Source of the DNA: Dehalococcoidia bacterium
GTDB lineage: Bacteria; Chloroflexota; Dehalococcoidia; Lucifugimonadales; JAGWBF01
DNA length: 64,000 nt
Direction of reading: 5' to 3'
Assembly: GCA_965247055.1 (NCBI GenBank)
Contig: CBDFGE010000003.1
Span: forward strand, 72,868 to 136,867
Part shown: positions 9,724-20,165 of the stretch, piece by piece
Numbering within the stretch: the first letter of the stretch is position 1
How the letters are laid out: every line of letters starts with the position of its first letter
Program-made: the position numbers and the translations under genes
The notes under the pieces: model-generated
What the model was told of the DNA's origin: nothing
Seen by the model: only the letters and a program-made list of their open reading frames with translations
Databases searched by the model: none

Positions 9724-11202
9724 CTAGCCGATCGCTGCCCTGGCGGCGTGGGTGCCCGCTATACGACCCATGGTCGCCGCCGCCATCAGGGCCGAGCCGG
9801 AGACGTAGCCCGAGTACCAGAGGCCACCCACCATGTTCCCCGCCGCATACAGTCCGGGGACGGGCCATCCGGCCACGTGTTGGACCTGGGCCGTCTTGGG
9901 GTCTATTTTCAGCCCACTGTAGGTGAAGGTGATGCCACAGCACAGGGCATAGCCCTCGAAGGGCGGCTCGTCGATGGACATGGCGTAGTTGCTCTTGGGC
10001 GGCACGACACCGGTGGTGGATTTGCCGTCCTTGCGGAAGGGGCTGGGGTCGGCCACTCCTGGGCTGACGCCAGCGTTGAAGGCCCGTACCGTCTCGGCCA
10101 GCCCGGCGGGGTCTACCCCGAGCTTCTCCCCCAGGGATTCCAGGGCATCGGCTTTGGCCCCGGTGGCTTTGTCGTAGTCAACCAGGAGTCCCAGCCGGCG
10201 CGCTTTGGCGTCGAACACCTGGAAAGCCACGCTCTGTGGCTGTTTCAGGATAGCCTGTCCCATGGTCCCGTAGATCTTGGCCCGAACGTCCGCCGCCTCG
10301 TCCACGAATCGCCGGCCCTGGATGTTCACCATGATCCCGTAGGGAAAGGCGAAACGGTTCCACTCCCGGCCGCTGATGCTCTGAGACGAGGGCAGGCTGA
10401 ACCAGGGGCGGTTCAGGTCCTGGGGGGTGGCGTGGCAACTGGTCCAGTTCCCATAGGGCATGGCACCTATGTCCAGGGACATACGGATGCCGTCTCCCGT
10501 GTTGTAGGGTACGCCCTTCATCTTGACCCTGTCCCAGCGGGGCCCCAGGTAGCTGGCCCGCATCTCGGGGTTGCCCTCGAAGCCCCCGCAGGCCAGCACC
10601 GTCTGCCTGGCGTAGGCCGTCGTACTACCGGTGGGCGTCAGGGCCCTGACCCCGGCCACGCGGCCCTCCCGGTCCCGGACAAGCTCCTCGGCGGCCGTCT
10701 CGTGGTGGATGGGTACTCCTAGCCCCTCCAGGTAGGCGAAGTTCCACTGCTGGAACTGGTAGCCCCCTCCGTTAAGCATGATCACGTTGCCGGTGGTGGG
10801 GCTGCCGTAGCTGGGTACCCACTCGTGGCCCTTGGAGCGGAGCCACCGTGCCGTCCCGTAAGCCTCGGTCACGTGTACGTCAAGCAGGTCCTGATCGCTC
10901 TGTCCGCCTGTGGCCTGCATGATCTCGTCCCACAGGTCCGCCTCGGTACGGCTGGGCACCCGGTCCGCTATGGCGGCGAGCTCTCCCTCGGAGGCCTCGT
11001 TCATAAGAGGGACCAGGTCCTCGACCCCGGTGTAGGGAAAACGCATCTGGCCCGTTAAGGCGGTGCTGCCTCCCCGTTCCCCCCTGGGAGCCTTTTCCAG
11101 CACCCCAACGCTGGCGCCCTGGTCCAGGGCCGCCATGGCCGCGCACAGACCGGCGGCCCCAGTGCCCACCACCAGGACGTCGTAGTGCAGTTCGCGGGGC
11201 AA
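9724..11202 (-). CDS. FAD-binding oxidoreductase (TcuA / fumarate-reductase flavoprotein-like)
   Basis: 492-aa ORF. The N-terminal dinucleotide-binding motif is YDVLVVGTGAAGLCAAMAALDQGASVGVLEK, and the C-terminus has ...GLYAAGNMVGG... Confidence 0.8.
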   Translation of the reverse strand: MPRELHYDVLVVGTGAAGLCAAMAALDQGASVGVLEKAPRGERGGSTALTGQMRFPYTGVEDLVPLMNEASEGELAAIADRVPSRTEADLWDEIMQATGGQSDQDLLDVHVTEAYGTARWLRSKGHEWVPSYGSPTTGNVIMLNGGGYQFQQWNFAYLEGLGVPIHHETAAEELVRDREGRVAGVRALTPTGSTTAYARQTVLACGGFEGNPEMRASYLGPRWDRVKMKGVPYNTGDGIRMSLDIGAMPYGNWTSCHATPQDLNRPWFSLPSSQSISGREWNRFAFPYGIMVNIQGRRFVDEAADVRAKIYGTMGQAILKQPQSVAFQVFDAKARRLGLLVDYDKATGAKADALESLGEKLGVDPAGLAETVRAFNAGVSPGVADPSPFRKDGKSTTGVVPPKSNYAMSIDEPPFEGYALCCGITFTYSGLKIDPKTAQVQHVAGWPVPGLYAAGNMVGGLWYSGYVSGSALMAAATMGRIAGTHAARAAIG

Positions 11203-11497
11203 ATGCCCCCTCCATGGGCGGGACTCACCCGGCCGGGGCTTCGCCGGGTGGCTAAGCTGGCCTTGGGGGCCTCGCCGACCAAGGCCAGCGCCGAGGCGAG
11301 TACCAGTGTAATCGCCCCCCTATGCGGTGTCAACGGCGTTTGTTTTTGGTCGCGCCCGGTCGTTGACCGGGTACAACCTCGTAGCTATACTCAGCAGAGC
11401 GCCAGGCGGGGCACGGTCCTGCTACGCCGAGCTAGCTAATAGCAGGCACACCCTGGCGCGGAAAGCCCGCCCGGTACTCATCTGAGGGGGTTCCGAC

Positions 11498-11710
11498 ATG
11501 ATACGGAGCGCCTATGGGGACAGGGACGCCATCACGGTGCGGCGGGCCTACGTGGACACGCCCGAAGACCAGGTCCACTACATTGAGGAGGGGCGGGGAG
11601 AGCACATGATACTCCTGCACCAGGGCCCTCGCTCCTCACGCACGTGTGTGAAGCCGGTCCCCCTGCTGGCAGAGAGCTATCGGTCCATAGCCATCGACAT
11701 GTTGGGGTGA
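11498..11710 (+). pseudogene. N-terminal fragment of an alpha/beta hydrolase (truncated)
   Basis: 70-aa ORF ...VHYIEEGRGEHMILLHQGPRSSR...YRSIAIDMLG* matches only the first ~70 residues of alpha/beta-fold hydrolases. It stops before the nucleophile elbow, and mgtE starts 5 nt later. Confidence 0.4.
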
Positions 11711-11714
11711 ATCT

Positions 11715-13088
11715 GTGGACGAGTCCCAGGACCAACCGACCAACGCGATAGAGCAGGCCCACGAGCAGATGCGCCGGGCGCGGGAGTACCTGGACGACCG
11801 GAACTACGGGCCTGCCCAGGCCGCGTTCGCCCTACTTCACGCCGCAGACCAGGCTGAGCTTATCCGGGAACTAGCAGACGAGCACCAGCAGGTTTTGCTG
11901 GGCTCGTTCGCGCCTGGAGAGGCGGCCAGCATCATGGAGCAGATGGAGCCGGAGGATGCGGTAAATGTGTTCGGGGGCCTGCCTTCCGGGGCTCTGTCGG
12001 CTATCCTGGACCAGACCGCTCCCGACGTGGTGGCAGACTTCCTGAAGCAGCTCCCCGAGGAGCAGTCCCGCCAAGCCCTGGAGGGGATGGAGCAGAGCGA
12101 GGGGGTTGCTCCCCTCATGGAATACTCCGACGAGACTGCCGGGGGCATAATGACCCCCGAGTACCTATCGGTGCGGGACGACGTGACGGCGACCAACGCC
12201 TTGGACGGCCTACGCATCCTGGGCCCCGAGGCCGAGGACATCGGCTTCATTATGGTCGTGGATTCAGAGGCCAAGCTGGTGGGGTCGTTGGGGCTGGTGC
12301 GGCTGGCCCTGGCCCGGCCCACGGTTCCTGTGCGGGACATCATGGACCATGAAGTAGTGTCGGTTGCTGCGGGCACGGACCAGGAGCAATGTGCGAGGCT
12401 GATGGAGCGATACGACCTCAGGTACCTCCCGGTGGTGGACGAGGAAGGCCACCTGATCGGCGTCATCCTGATAGAGGACCTGGTGGACGTCCTTCAGGAG
12501 GAGGCCACCGAGGACATGTACGGCATGACCGGCATCGTGGGAGAGAGGATATTCGGACCCCTCCCGAGCTCCATTCGCCGGCGACTGCCCTGGCTTACCC
12601 TCAACCTGGGTACCACCATCCTGGCGGCCCTGGTGATCAGCCTGTTCGAGTCGACGATACAAAAGTTGGTCACCTTGGCCGTGCTCCTGCCGGTTATAGC
12701 GGGGCAAGGGGGTATCGGCGGTACACAGACTCTGACACTGGTGATTAGGAGTATCTCCCTGGGACAGATGCCTCCGCGGAGGGCATTTCGGTTGCTCGGT
12801 AGGGAGTTACTCCTTGGCCTTATCCATGGCGTTCTACTTGGCGTGATTATCGGGGGGGTCGTGTACCTCTGGAAAGGGAATTTCATGCTGGGGGTGGTGC
12901 TGTTCCTGGCCATGACCGGCAACATGGCGGTGGCGGGGGTGGCCGGCGGGTTCATCCCCCTGGCGATGCGCCTCTTCCGTCTGGACCCGGCGTTGGGCTC
13001 CGCCGTCATCGTCACCACTATCACCGATGTGGTGGGCTTCCTGCTATTCTTGGGCATCGCCGCAGCCCTTATTAGCAGGCTGGTATAG
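11715..13088 (+). CDS. mgtE: Magnesium transporter MgtE
   Basis: 457-aa ORF with a GTG start. It has the MgtE N-domain, a CBS pair (...VRDIMDHEVVSVAAGTDQEQCARLMERYDLRYLPVVDEEGHLIGVI...) and a C-terminal 5-TM domain. Confidence 0.9.
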   Translation: MDESQDQPTNAIEQAHEQMRRAREYLDDRNYGPAQAAFALLHAADQAELIRELADEHQQVLLGSFAPGEAASIMEQMEPEDAVNVFGGLPSGALSAILDQTAPDVVADFLKQLPEEQSRQALEGMEQSEGVAPLMEYSDETAGGIMTPEYLSVRDDVTATNALDGLRILGPEAEDIGFIMVVDSEAKLVGSLGLVRLALARPTVPVRDIMDHEVVSVAAGTDQEQCARLMERYDLRYLPVVDEEGHLIGVILIEDLVDVLQEEATEDMYGMTGIVGERIFGPLPSSIRRRLPWLTLNLGTTILAALVISLFESTIQKLVTLAVLLPVIAGQGGIGGTQTLTLVIRSISLGQMPPRRAFRLLGRELLLGLIHGVLLGVIIGGVVYLWKGNFMLGVVLFLAMTGNMAVAGVAGGFIPLAMRLFRLDPALGSAVIVTTITDVVGFLLFLGIAAALISRLV

Positions 13089-13235
13089 CCTGGCGAAGGG
13101 GGCTTGAGTATACCAAACCTCGAGATGGCCACCCTGGCCAGCGCCGACGACAACGCGCCCGAGTCCAACCCCTCGGCACTGTCGGCCCTGATGATCGAGT
13201 ACCTGCGCAAGCACCCGATGCAGGTGGAGGACGAC

Positions 13236-13706
13236 CTAGCCCCTTCGCCAGAACTGCCATCCCTGCTTCCTGGGCTCCGGCTCCGCCGGGGAGGAGGAGG
13301 GGATAGGCTCGGCCTCCGCGGCAGCGGTCGCCTCTACAGGAGACGCGGACCGGATGGGCTCCGCCTCGCCCGTCGGGGCAGCCCCCTCACCGGCGGGGGG
13401 TTGGACCGGCGCGGGTGCCGTCGCCGCCGAAGGGTCGGCCTGGAGGTGCTGCACCTCCGGCTCCACCTCCATCTCCAGGTCACCGCCGAACAGGTCCCAG
13501 GGGTGGAACTCCTCCACGAAGGCCTTGGCCTCCTCCATGGTGCCTAACCCCTTCTGGGCCCGCCCGGGGTCGTAGGTGTTGGTCATGGCCAGGGCATCGT
13601 ATCCGCGAGGGGTGCCCCGGACCGCCCCGACCTCAGTCTCCGTTCCATCGTCCGCGCAAAGGACGAGCTGCTGCCCCGATTTACGCTCTTTCCAGAATAG
13701 CCTCAT
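13236..13706 (-). CDS. Hypothetical protein with Pro/Ala/Glu-rich C-terminus
   Basis: 156-aa ORF with no recognisable family. Coding status is inferred from length and position only. Confidence 0.45.
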   Translation of the reverse strand: MRLFWKERKSGQQLVLCADDGTETEVGAVRGTPRGYDALAMTNTYDPGRAQKGLGTMEEAKAFVEEFHPWDLFGGDLEMEVEPEVQHLQADPSAATAPAPVQPPAGEGAAPTGEAEPIRSASPVEATAAAEAEPIPSSSPAEPEPRKQGWQFWRRG

Positions 13707-13769
13707 GGCAGACCATCTCCTTTCCCCAGCTGCTGGTATCGCCCTTATCTCCCTTCCCCCGCTACCGCC

Positions 13770-14564
13770 TCATGTTCGCCTCTCCTGGAGCAGGCCGGAC
13801 TTCTGCCGCGCCAGGATGTCCGGCCGGTCCGTTACCGCCGCGTCAAGTCCCATCTCCCTCAGCTCTCGCATATCGGCCCCCACGTCCAGGTCCCAGGCTG
13901 CCACCCTTTTCCCTTGGGCGTGGAACCTGGCCAGCCTGCCGGTGTCCAGGCTACCCCGGTCTGGAGCAAACCAGTGGGGATTCACCAGGGGACACATCCA
14001 GCGGGCCCTCAATGGGAGGGGGTGGTGGCTCGACCAGATGTAACCCCGGACTATCCTGGGCTCCATGGCCCGTAGCAAGGCCATAGGTACAGGGTTAAAG
14101 CTGGCGACCATAGTGCCATCCCAGCGGCCCCGGCCCCGGATAATGCCCGCCACGCTCTTTACAAGGGGCCAGGCGCCCGGGCCCCGTGCCTTCATCTCCA
14201 CGTACACTGGGAAGTCGCCGGGCACGGGATCGAACACCTCTTCCAGGGTGGGCACCCTCTCACCCAGGTACTGGGGGCCGAACCAGGACCCGGCGTCCAG
14301 CGCTTTCAGCTCGGCCAACGTGTAGGAACCCACCGGCCCCCGCCCGCCGGTGGTCCGGTCCACCGTTCTATCGTGGATGACGGCCACGCGGCCGTCCCTG
14401 GTGAGGCGAACGTCCAGCTCTATGGCGTCGGCCCCCACCTCCAGCGCCATGCGGAAGGCGGCCAGGGTGTTCTCGGGCGCCAAGCCGGCTCCGCCCCTGT
14501 GGGCCACCACCAAGGGATAATCCAGGGAGCCCGGGGCGAACCGCCAACTCCTGTTCCGTGCCAT
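13770..14564 (-). CDS. Glycerophosphodiester phosphodiesterase family protein
   Basis: The motif ...VVAHRGGAGLAPENTLAAFRMALEVGADAIELDVRLTRDGRVAVIHDRTVDRTTGG... supports the call. I moved the start to the internal ATG (MARNRSW...) at 14562-14564, because the track ORF start at 14786 would overlap the upstream aminotransferase. Confidence 0.85.
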   Translation of the reverse strand: MARNRSWRFAPGSLDYPLVVAHRGGAGLAPENTLAAFRMALEVGADAIELDVRLTRDGRVAVIHDRTVDRTTGGRGPVGSYTLAELKALDAGSWFGPQYLGERVPTLEEVFDPVPGDFPVYVEMKARGPGAWPLVKSVAGIIRGRGRWDGTMVASFNPVPMALLRAMEPRIVRGYIWSSHHPLPLRARWMCPLVNPHWFAPDRGSLDTGRLARFHAQGKRVAAWDLDVGADMRELREMGLDAAVTDRPDILARQKSGLLQERRT

Positions 14565-14628
14565 TGCCCTTGTAGTATGCCACCGGCCCCCTGGGTTACG
14601 CAACGGCCACCGTCCAACAGAGGACTCG

Positions 14629-15810
14629 CTAACGCCGCCTCTTGCGGACTCCCTCCAGCCAGGCAGCCAGCCGCTCCAACGCGGCCCTGATGTTTTCCCG
14701 GGAGTTCGCGTAGGAGAGGCGCACGTAGCCTTCGCCGAACCTGCCAAAAGAAGCCCCCGAGAGCAGAGCGACGCCGGCCTCGCCAAGCGCCCTCTCCTGG
14801 AACTCGTAGCTGGCTATGCCCGTACCCTTGATGCTGGGAAAGACGTAAAAGGCCCCCTCGGGCTCGGGGCAGGCTATGCCTGGAATCTGCCTCAACCCTC
14901 TGGTGATAATCTCCCTCCTCACCCTGAACTCCTCGACCATCTCTACCACGGCGTCCTGCGGGCCCTCCAGTGCCGTCAGTGCCGCCCGCTGGCTGAAGGA
15001 GGCTGCACAGGAGACGCTGTTCACAGCTAGCTTTACTATATGGGGCACTAGAGTCTCCGGGAACACTCCGTACCCCAGCCGCCAGCCGGTCATAGCGTAG
15101 CTCTTGGAGAAGCCGTCGAGGATGATGGTGCGGTCGCCCATGCCAGGGAGGGAGGCTATGCTCTGGTGCTCGCCCTGATAGAGGATGTCCTTGTAGACCT
15201 CGTCGGAGAGCACGTATATATCTTCGCGGCCACGCACCAGTCCCGCGACGGTTTCCAACTCCTCCCTCGTCAGCACGGACCCGGTAGGGTTCCCTGGGGA
15301 GTTGAGGATGATCAGCCTGGTGCGGCGGCTGATTTTGGAGGCCAGGTCTTCCAGGTCGGGGTGGTAGATCTTCTCCTCCAGCAGTCGCATGGGTACCGCC
15401 GTGGCGCCACAGAACCGTATCATGGACTCGTAAATTGGGAAGCCTGGATCGGGGTAGATGATCTCTACCCCCCGCTGGGCCAGGGCGAGGATTGTGAAGA
15501 ACATGATGGGCTTGGCCCCCGGCGTTACCACCACTCGTCCGGGACCCACGGCGGCCCCCCTGGTCTTCTCCACATTCCGGGCGATAGCCTCCCTGAGCTC
15601 GGGCAGCCCCGGAGTGGGGCCATAGTGAGTATAGCCGTCGCGCAGGGCCTCGACGCCGGCTTCAACGACGTGGGCCGGGGTCGCGAAGTCGGGTTCACCT
15701 ATCTCCAGGTGCATCACGTCCCTACCCTGTGCCTCCAGATCCCTCGCCTTCGCCAGCACCTCGAAGGCCGTCTCGGTGCCCAGCTTCAACATCCTGGCGG
15801 CGATGCCCAT
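14629..15810 (-). CDS. Class I/II PLP-dependent aminotransferase (aspartate aminotransferase-like)
   Basis: 393-aa ORF. ...NPGNPTGSVL... and ...LDGFSKSYAMTGWRLGY... give the PLP-lysine context. Confidence 0.9.
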   Translation of the reverse strand: MGIAARMLKLGTETAFEVLAKARDLEAQGRDVMHLEIGEPDFATPAHVVEAGVEALRDGYTHYGPTPGLPELREAIARNVEKTRGAAVGPGRVVVTPGAKPIMFFTILALAQRGVEIIYPDPGFPIYESMIRFCGATAVPMRLLEEKIYHPDLEDLASKISRRTRLIILNSPGNPTGSVLTREELETVAGLVRGREDIYVLSDEVYKDILYQGEHQSIASLPGMGDRTIILDGFSKSYAMTGWRLGYGVFPETLVPHIVKLAVNSVSCAASFSQRAALTALEGPQDAVVEMVEEFRVRREIITRGLRQIPGIACPEPEGAFYVFPSIKGTGIASYEFQERALGEAGVALLSGASFGRFGEGYVRLSYANSRENIRAALERLAAWLEGVRKRRR

Positions 15811-16018
15811 TACTCACCCCCATCCTTCTCCGCCTTTCGTTTTTACCAGAGCGTAAGGAAAAGTGCAAACGCCCGAGGCGCCTGGCCAGTAAATCCTCCG
15901 GGCCGATCTTGTCCTCCGGCGTCCCCTCGGGCCGGGCGCTGAGCCGTCCGTAGATTTGCCCAGGGGACCGTCAGCGACTATAATCCTATTACACAGGCAT
16001 CTGGTGGTGAGGCAACCT

Positions 16019-16384
16019 ATGGACGGCTCCCGCAAAAGGCCTCAGGTAAGGGTAACCGTGTTCGAAAACGAGCCCCTGGCCCTCCTGGCCCAGCAACGCC
16101 TGAGCCAGGAGGGCATACTCTGCGTGGTCCGCTCCCTTGGGGCGGGGCCGGGCGGCTGGGGGGTAGCCACCAACCTCCCCCATGCCATCTACGTCAAGGC
16201 CACCGACGAGATGCGTGCCCGACAGATCCTGGACCTGACACCCAGAGAGATCGCGGAGAGAGAGGGAGTGCCTCCACAGCCGGCTTACCCACTGCCGGTG
16301 ATGGTTGTGGCCTTCAGCATCATAACGGCTGGGGCCCTCATCCTGGGAATTCTCGAGTTGCTGGTGGGGCCGCTGTTTCGCTGA
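16019..16384 (+). CDS. DUF2007-like small protein with C-terminal TM helix
   Basis: The start is taken at MDGSRKRPQVRVTVFENEPLALLAQQRLSQEGI... The fold pattern resembles the putative signal-transducing DUF2007 family, and the tail PVMVVAFSIITAGALILGILELLV is hydrophobic. Confidence 0.45.
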   Translation: MDGSRKRPQVRVTVFENEPLALLAQQRLSQEGILCVVRSLGAGPGGWGVATNLPHAIYVKATDEMRARQILDLTPREIAEREGVPPQPAYPLPVMVVAFSIITAGALILGILELLVGPLFR

Positions 16385-16445
16385 CCGGGTCGCCTGTCCC
16401 AGGGGGCAGGCGCTGCTCCCCGTACACGTCTGGCTTCAGCCTCTA

Positions 16446-17789
16446 TCAGTCCAGGTTACGCTCCAGGACCCTCTGGAAGGCGCCGACGAAGCTGTCCACC
16501 TCCCCTTCTCCCATCGCGTTGGAGACACAGCCGAACAGGTTGGGGGTGAACAGAACCCCCTCGTTCATCATTCCCCAGAACACCCGCTGCCGGAGGCCGG
16601 CGTCCGCCGCCGCCACATCCCTCCAGTCATGGATAGGCGCGTCCACGAAGTGGATGCCGAACATGGACCAGAGGCCCGTGACCTGAAGGGGCACCTCCAG
16701 GCCGGCGCACACCCCCTGAACCCCCCGCCGCAGCCGGTCCGCGAGGGAGTCGAGGCGCTGGTAGACCTGGGGAGTGAGGTGCTCCAGGGTTATGGAACCC
16801 GCCAGCATGGTCATCGGGTTACCGTTAAAGGTGCCGGCATGGGACACCACCGGCCCGTTGGTGGGGTCGAACTGCTCCATCAGGTCACGGCGTCCGCCGA
16901 AGGCCCCCACTGGGAAGCCCCCTCCGATGATCTTGCCGAAGGCGGTCATGTCGGGGGTGATCCCGTAGTACTCCTGGGCGCCCCCGGGGGCCACGCGGAA
17001 GGTGATCACCTCGTCGAAGATGAGGACCACCCCATTCGCCTTGGTGAACTCCCTCAGCATGGCGAGGAACTCCGGTTCGGCCGCCACCATCCCCGATGAC
17101 CCCCCCAGAGCAGGCTCCAGGATCACGGCGGCCAGGTCCCTCGCGTTCTCCTCAAGTATCTCCCGGGCGGCACCCTGGTTGTTGAAGGGGATCACTACCA
17201 CCTGGTCCAGCACCGCGCTGGGCAGTCCGGCGTTGCCGGGCACGGGGGACGGGCGGAGGGGATCGCCTCCCAATTTGGGATCGTGCCGGACGCTCACGGA
17301 CACCGCGTCGTGGGTCCCGTGGTAGCCACCTTCGCACTTGGCGATCTTGGGCCTGCCCGTCAGCGCCCTGGCCGCCCGGATGGCGTTCATGGTGGCCTCG
17401 GTGCCGGAGTTCGTGAACCGGACCAGCTCCACCGACGGCACCCGCTCGCACAGGAGTCTGGCGAGGCGGACCTGGTGCTCGTTGGGAGCGTTGTACACGA
17501 TACCCCTGGCCGCCTGCTCCTGGACGGCGCGGACCACCGGCGGGTAGGCATTGCCGAGGATGAGGCTGGTCATGTTGCCGATGAAGTCCAGCCGGTCGAC
17601 CCCGTCCACGTCCCGGGCATGGCACCCCTCGCCGGAGTCGATGTAGATGGGATAGGGGGCCCAGAAGATACTGTTGCGGGTGTCGCCCCCGGGCATGTAG
17701 CGCCTGGCCTCCTCCCAGATGTCCCGGGACCTGGGCGTCATCTCTATGTAGCGCTCGATCTCGCCGCCGGACTTCCCTGTTGCGGTCAT
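16446..17789 (-). CDS. Class III aminotransferase (glutamate-1-semialdehyde aminomutase-like)
   Basis: 447-aa ORF with ...LIFDEVITFRVAPGGAQEYYGITPDMTAFGKIIGGGFPVGAFGG..., which is typical. Confidence 0.9.
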   Translation of the reverse strand: MTATGKSGGEIERYIEMTPRSRDIWEEARRYMPGGDTRNSIFWAPYPIYIDSGEGCHARDVDGVDRLDFIGNMTSLILGNAYPPVVRAVQEQAARGIVYNAPNEHQVRLARLLCERVPSVELVRFTNSGTEATMNAIRAARALTGRPKIAKCEGGYHGTHDAVSVSVRHDPKLGGDPLRPSPVPGNAGLPSAVLDQVVVIPFNNQGAAREILEENARDLAAVILEPALGGSSGMVAAEPEFLAMLREFTKANGVVLIFDEVITFRVAPGGAQEYYGITPDMTAFGKIIGGGFPVGAFGGRRDLMEQFDPTNGPVVSHAGTFNGNPMTMLAGSITLEHLTPQVYQRLDSLADRLRRGVQGVCAGLEVPLQVTGLWSMFGIHFVDAPIHDWRDVAAADAGLRQRVFWGMMNEGVLFTPNLFGCVSNAMGEGEVDSFVGAFQRVLERNLD

Positions 17790-17882
17790 TCCCTCACACC
17801 CCCTGCTGGAATTTTTTCTGAGGCATCCAATTCTACCAGCCCGCCACCCACAGCGTTGGTGGCAGCGGCCACTGCATGTGGG

Positions 17883-19498
17883 TCAAGGCCCACCGCGGGC
17901 CAGCACCCGGCCGGATGTGTGGCCGGTGAACTGGCCATGCTCCACGCAGACCTCCCCGTTGACCAGGACGTACTCGATTCCCTCGGGGTACTGGCGGGAA
18001 TGCTGGAAGGTTGCCCTGTCTATGACCGTTTTGGGGTCGAATATGACGACGTCGGCGTCGGCTCCGGCGCGGAGCACCCCCTTGCGCTTGAGGCCCAGCT
18101 TCTGCGCGGGGAAGGAGGTCATCTTTCGCACCGCCTCCTCCAGGGTCAGCAGCTTCTCCTCCCGCACGTAGCGTCCCAGGATGCGGGGGTAAGTCCCGTA
18201 GACCCGGGGATGGGGGTTGCCCGGGGATGGGGGTTGCCCGGGGAGTAGAGGCCGTCGGTGCCGATCATGGTGGTGGGGTGGGCCATCACGGTGCGCACGT
18301 CCTCCTCGGACATGGAGAAGGCCACCATGCCGACAGCGCACCTCTCTATCACCAACAGATCGAACACCGCGTCTACCGGGTCCTTTCCGAGGAGCTCTCC
18401 GATCTCCACGATGGTGCGCCCGATAAAAGGCCGGTTGTCGGGGGTCTCCAGCGAGGAGATAAGGATACCGTCAAGCCCGGACCCCATGCGTGTCCCTCCC
18501 GAAGGGTCCAGCAGCTCATCGCGTACCCGCTCCCTGGTGGCGGGGTCCTGGAGGCGTTCTACGACGGCGTCCACGCCCCCTTCCTGCACCCAGGGAGGCA
18601 GAATCGACTGGAGGGTGGTGCTTCTTCCGGCGGGATACGGGTACTGGTCCGCCGTAACGTCCAGGCCCTCCTCCCGGGTGCGCTCCAGCAGCGCCAGGGA
18701 CTCCCGAACCTTGCCATGGTTGGCCCGGCCCGATGCCTTGTGATGAGAGATCTGGACGGACAAGGACGCCCTCCGCCCGATCTCGATGGCCTCCTGGACC
18801 GACTCCAGAAGGTGGTCGCCTTCGTCCCGCATGTGGGTGGCATAGATGCCACCGTAGCGCGAGGCTACCTTCGCCAGCTCCACGATCTCCTCGGTCCCAG
18901 CATAGTTGCCCGGCACATAGACCAGCCCGGTGGAGAGGCCGAAGGCCCCTGCCTTCATCGCCTCCTCCACCAGGCCACCCATCTCCTCCAGCTCATCCGG
19001 GCTGGGCGCGCGCTGCTCGAATCCCATGACGGCGATGCGCACGGTGCCGTGGCCTATGAGGGGGGCCAGGTTGGTGGCCGGACTGGAGTCCCGCACCGCT
19101 TCCAGGTACTCGCCAAAGGTGCGCCACCCCCACGATACGCCGGAGGGAGGGGTGATGAAGGCCAGGTAGCCCTTAAGCATCTCTTCGGTCCTGGGGTTGA
19201 GGGGAGCGGCCGTGAACCCGCAGTTCCCGGAAACCTCGGTTGTGATGCCCTGGCGCAGCTTGTAGTCTTCCACGTCCTTATGCAGGATGGTCAGGTCCGG
19301 GTGAGCGTGCATGTCAATGAAACCGGGGCAGACGCACATATCCTGGGCGTCGATGACCCGTGGGGCGTGGCCCCCTGTGGTTCGCCCCGGTGGGCCCACG
19401 TATTCAACCCGGTCGCCTTCTATAACCACGTCGGCGCGGAACCAGGGATTGCCCGTTCCGTCTATTACCCTTCCGTTGCGTATAGAGATGTGGGCCAC
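17883..19498 (-). pseudogene. D-aminoacylase (N-acyl-D-amino-acid deacylase) disrupted by a 17-bp tandem duplication
   Basis: ORF 18146..19498 (MAHISIRNGRVIDGTGNPW...CPGFIDMHAHPD...) and ORF 17883..18341 (...VYGTYPRILGRYVREEKLLTLEEAVRKMTSFPAQKLGL...) are the N- and C-terminal parts of one amidohydrolase. Removing one copy of the repeat restores ...TDGLYSPGNPHPRVYGTYPRILG... Confidence 0.85.
18203..18236. repeat. Perfect tandem duplication, 2 x 17 bp (CCCGGGGATGGGGGTTG)
   Basis: Read directly: 18203-18219 equals 18220-18236. A third partial copy (CCCGGGGA) starts at 18237. Confidence 0.95.
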
Positions 19499-19520
19499 GC
19501 GCCCTCCTCGGCCGGGCCGG

Positions 19521-20165
19521 TCACGCCCTCAACTGCCCTTGGAAGAACCGAACCGTGTGGCGGGCGGCCTCGGTTTCCCGGCCCACCCAGAAGTGGTCCG
19601 CTCCGGGCACCAGCACCACCTCGGATGCACCGCCAAAGGACTCGACCTTCTCTCTGAAGGAGTCCGACGCCACGCCCCGGTCCCGGTCTCCGCAGACAAA
19701 CAGCTTGGGCCTCCCGTCACCGGCGACATCCGGGCCCTCCAGGGAGTCCAGGGGTGGGGATAGGAGGGCGAACGCCCTGACGCCCCGGTACCGGGCCAGG
19801 TTCTTCAGGAGCACCCTGCTGCCAAAGGAGTATCCCATCATTGCCAGACGGCCCCCGTCCACGTCGGCCCTTTCCTCCAGGGCGTTTAGCGCCGCCTCGG
19901 CGTCCTCGGGCTCTCTCTCCCCCCGGGTGTGGCTTCCCCGGCTGTTCCCCACACCACGAAAGTTGAAGCGCAGCGCCGCGAACCCACCATCGAGGAGAGC
20001 CTGGTATACCGCCAGAACCAGGTTGTTATTCATGTTTCCGCCGGCCAGCGGATGGGGGTGGCAGATTACCACGCCCGGCACTGGGCCGGTAGCTCCATCG
20101 GGCGAGCCCACGACTCCTTCGAGGCTCACATCCCCGGCGTGAAAGGTGATAGCCGTCTGGCCCAT
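19521..20165 (-). CDS. Alpha/beta hydrolase (COG2945-like)
   Basis: 214-aa ORF with ...VVICHPHPLAGGNMNNNLV...FNFRGVGNSRG...MMGYSFGS... Confidence 0.75.
   Translation of the reverse strand: MGQTAITFHAGDVSLEGVVGSPDGATGPVPGVVICHPHPLAGGNMNNNLVLAVYQALLDGGFAALRFNFRGVGNSRGSHTRGEREPEDAEAALNALEERADVDGGRLAMMGYSFGSRVLLKNLARYRGVRAFALLSPPLDSLEGPDVAGDGRPKLFVCGDRDRGVASDSFREKVESFGGASEVVLVPGADHFWVGRETEAARHTVRFFQGQLRA

Noticed and set aside
11203-11714. M-box (Mg-sensing) riboswitch expected upstream of mgtE.
   Set aside because: I found no convincing match to the conserved M-box core by eye. The space immediately upstream is occupied by an alpha/beta-hydrolase-like stub ORF. An Rfam RF00380 scan would be decisive.
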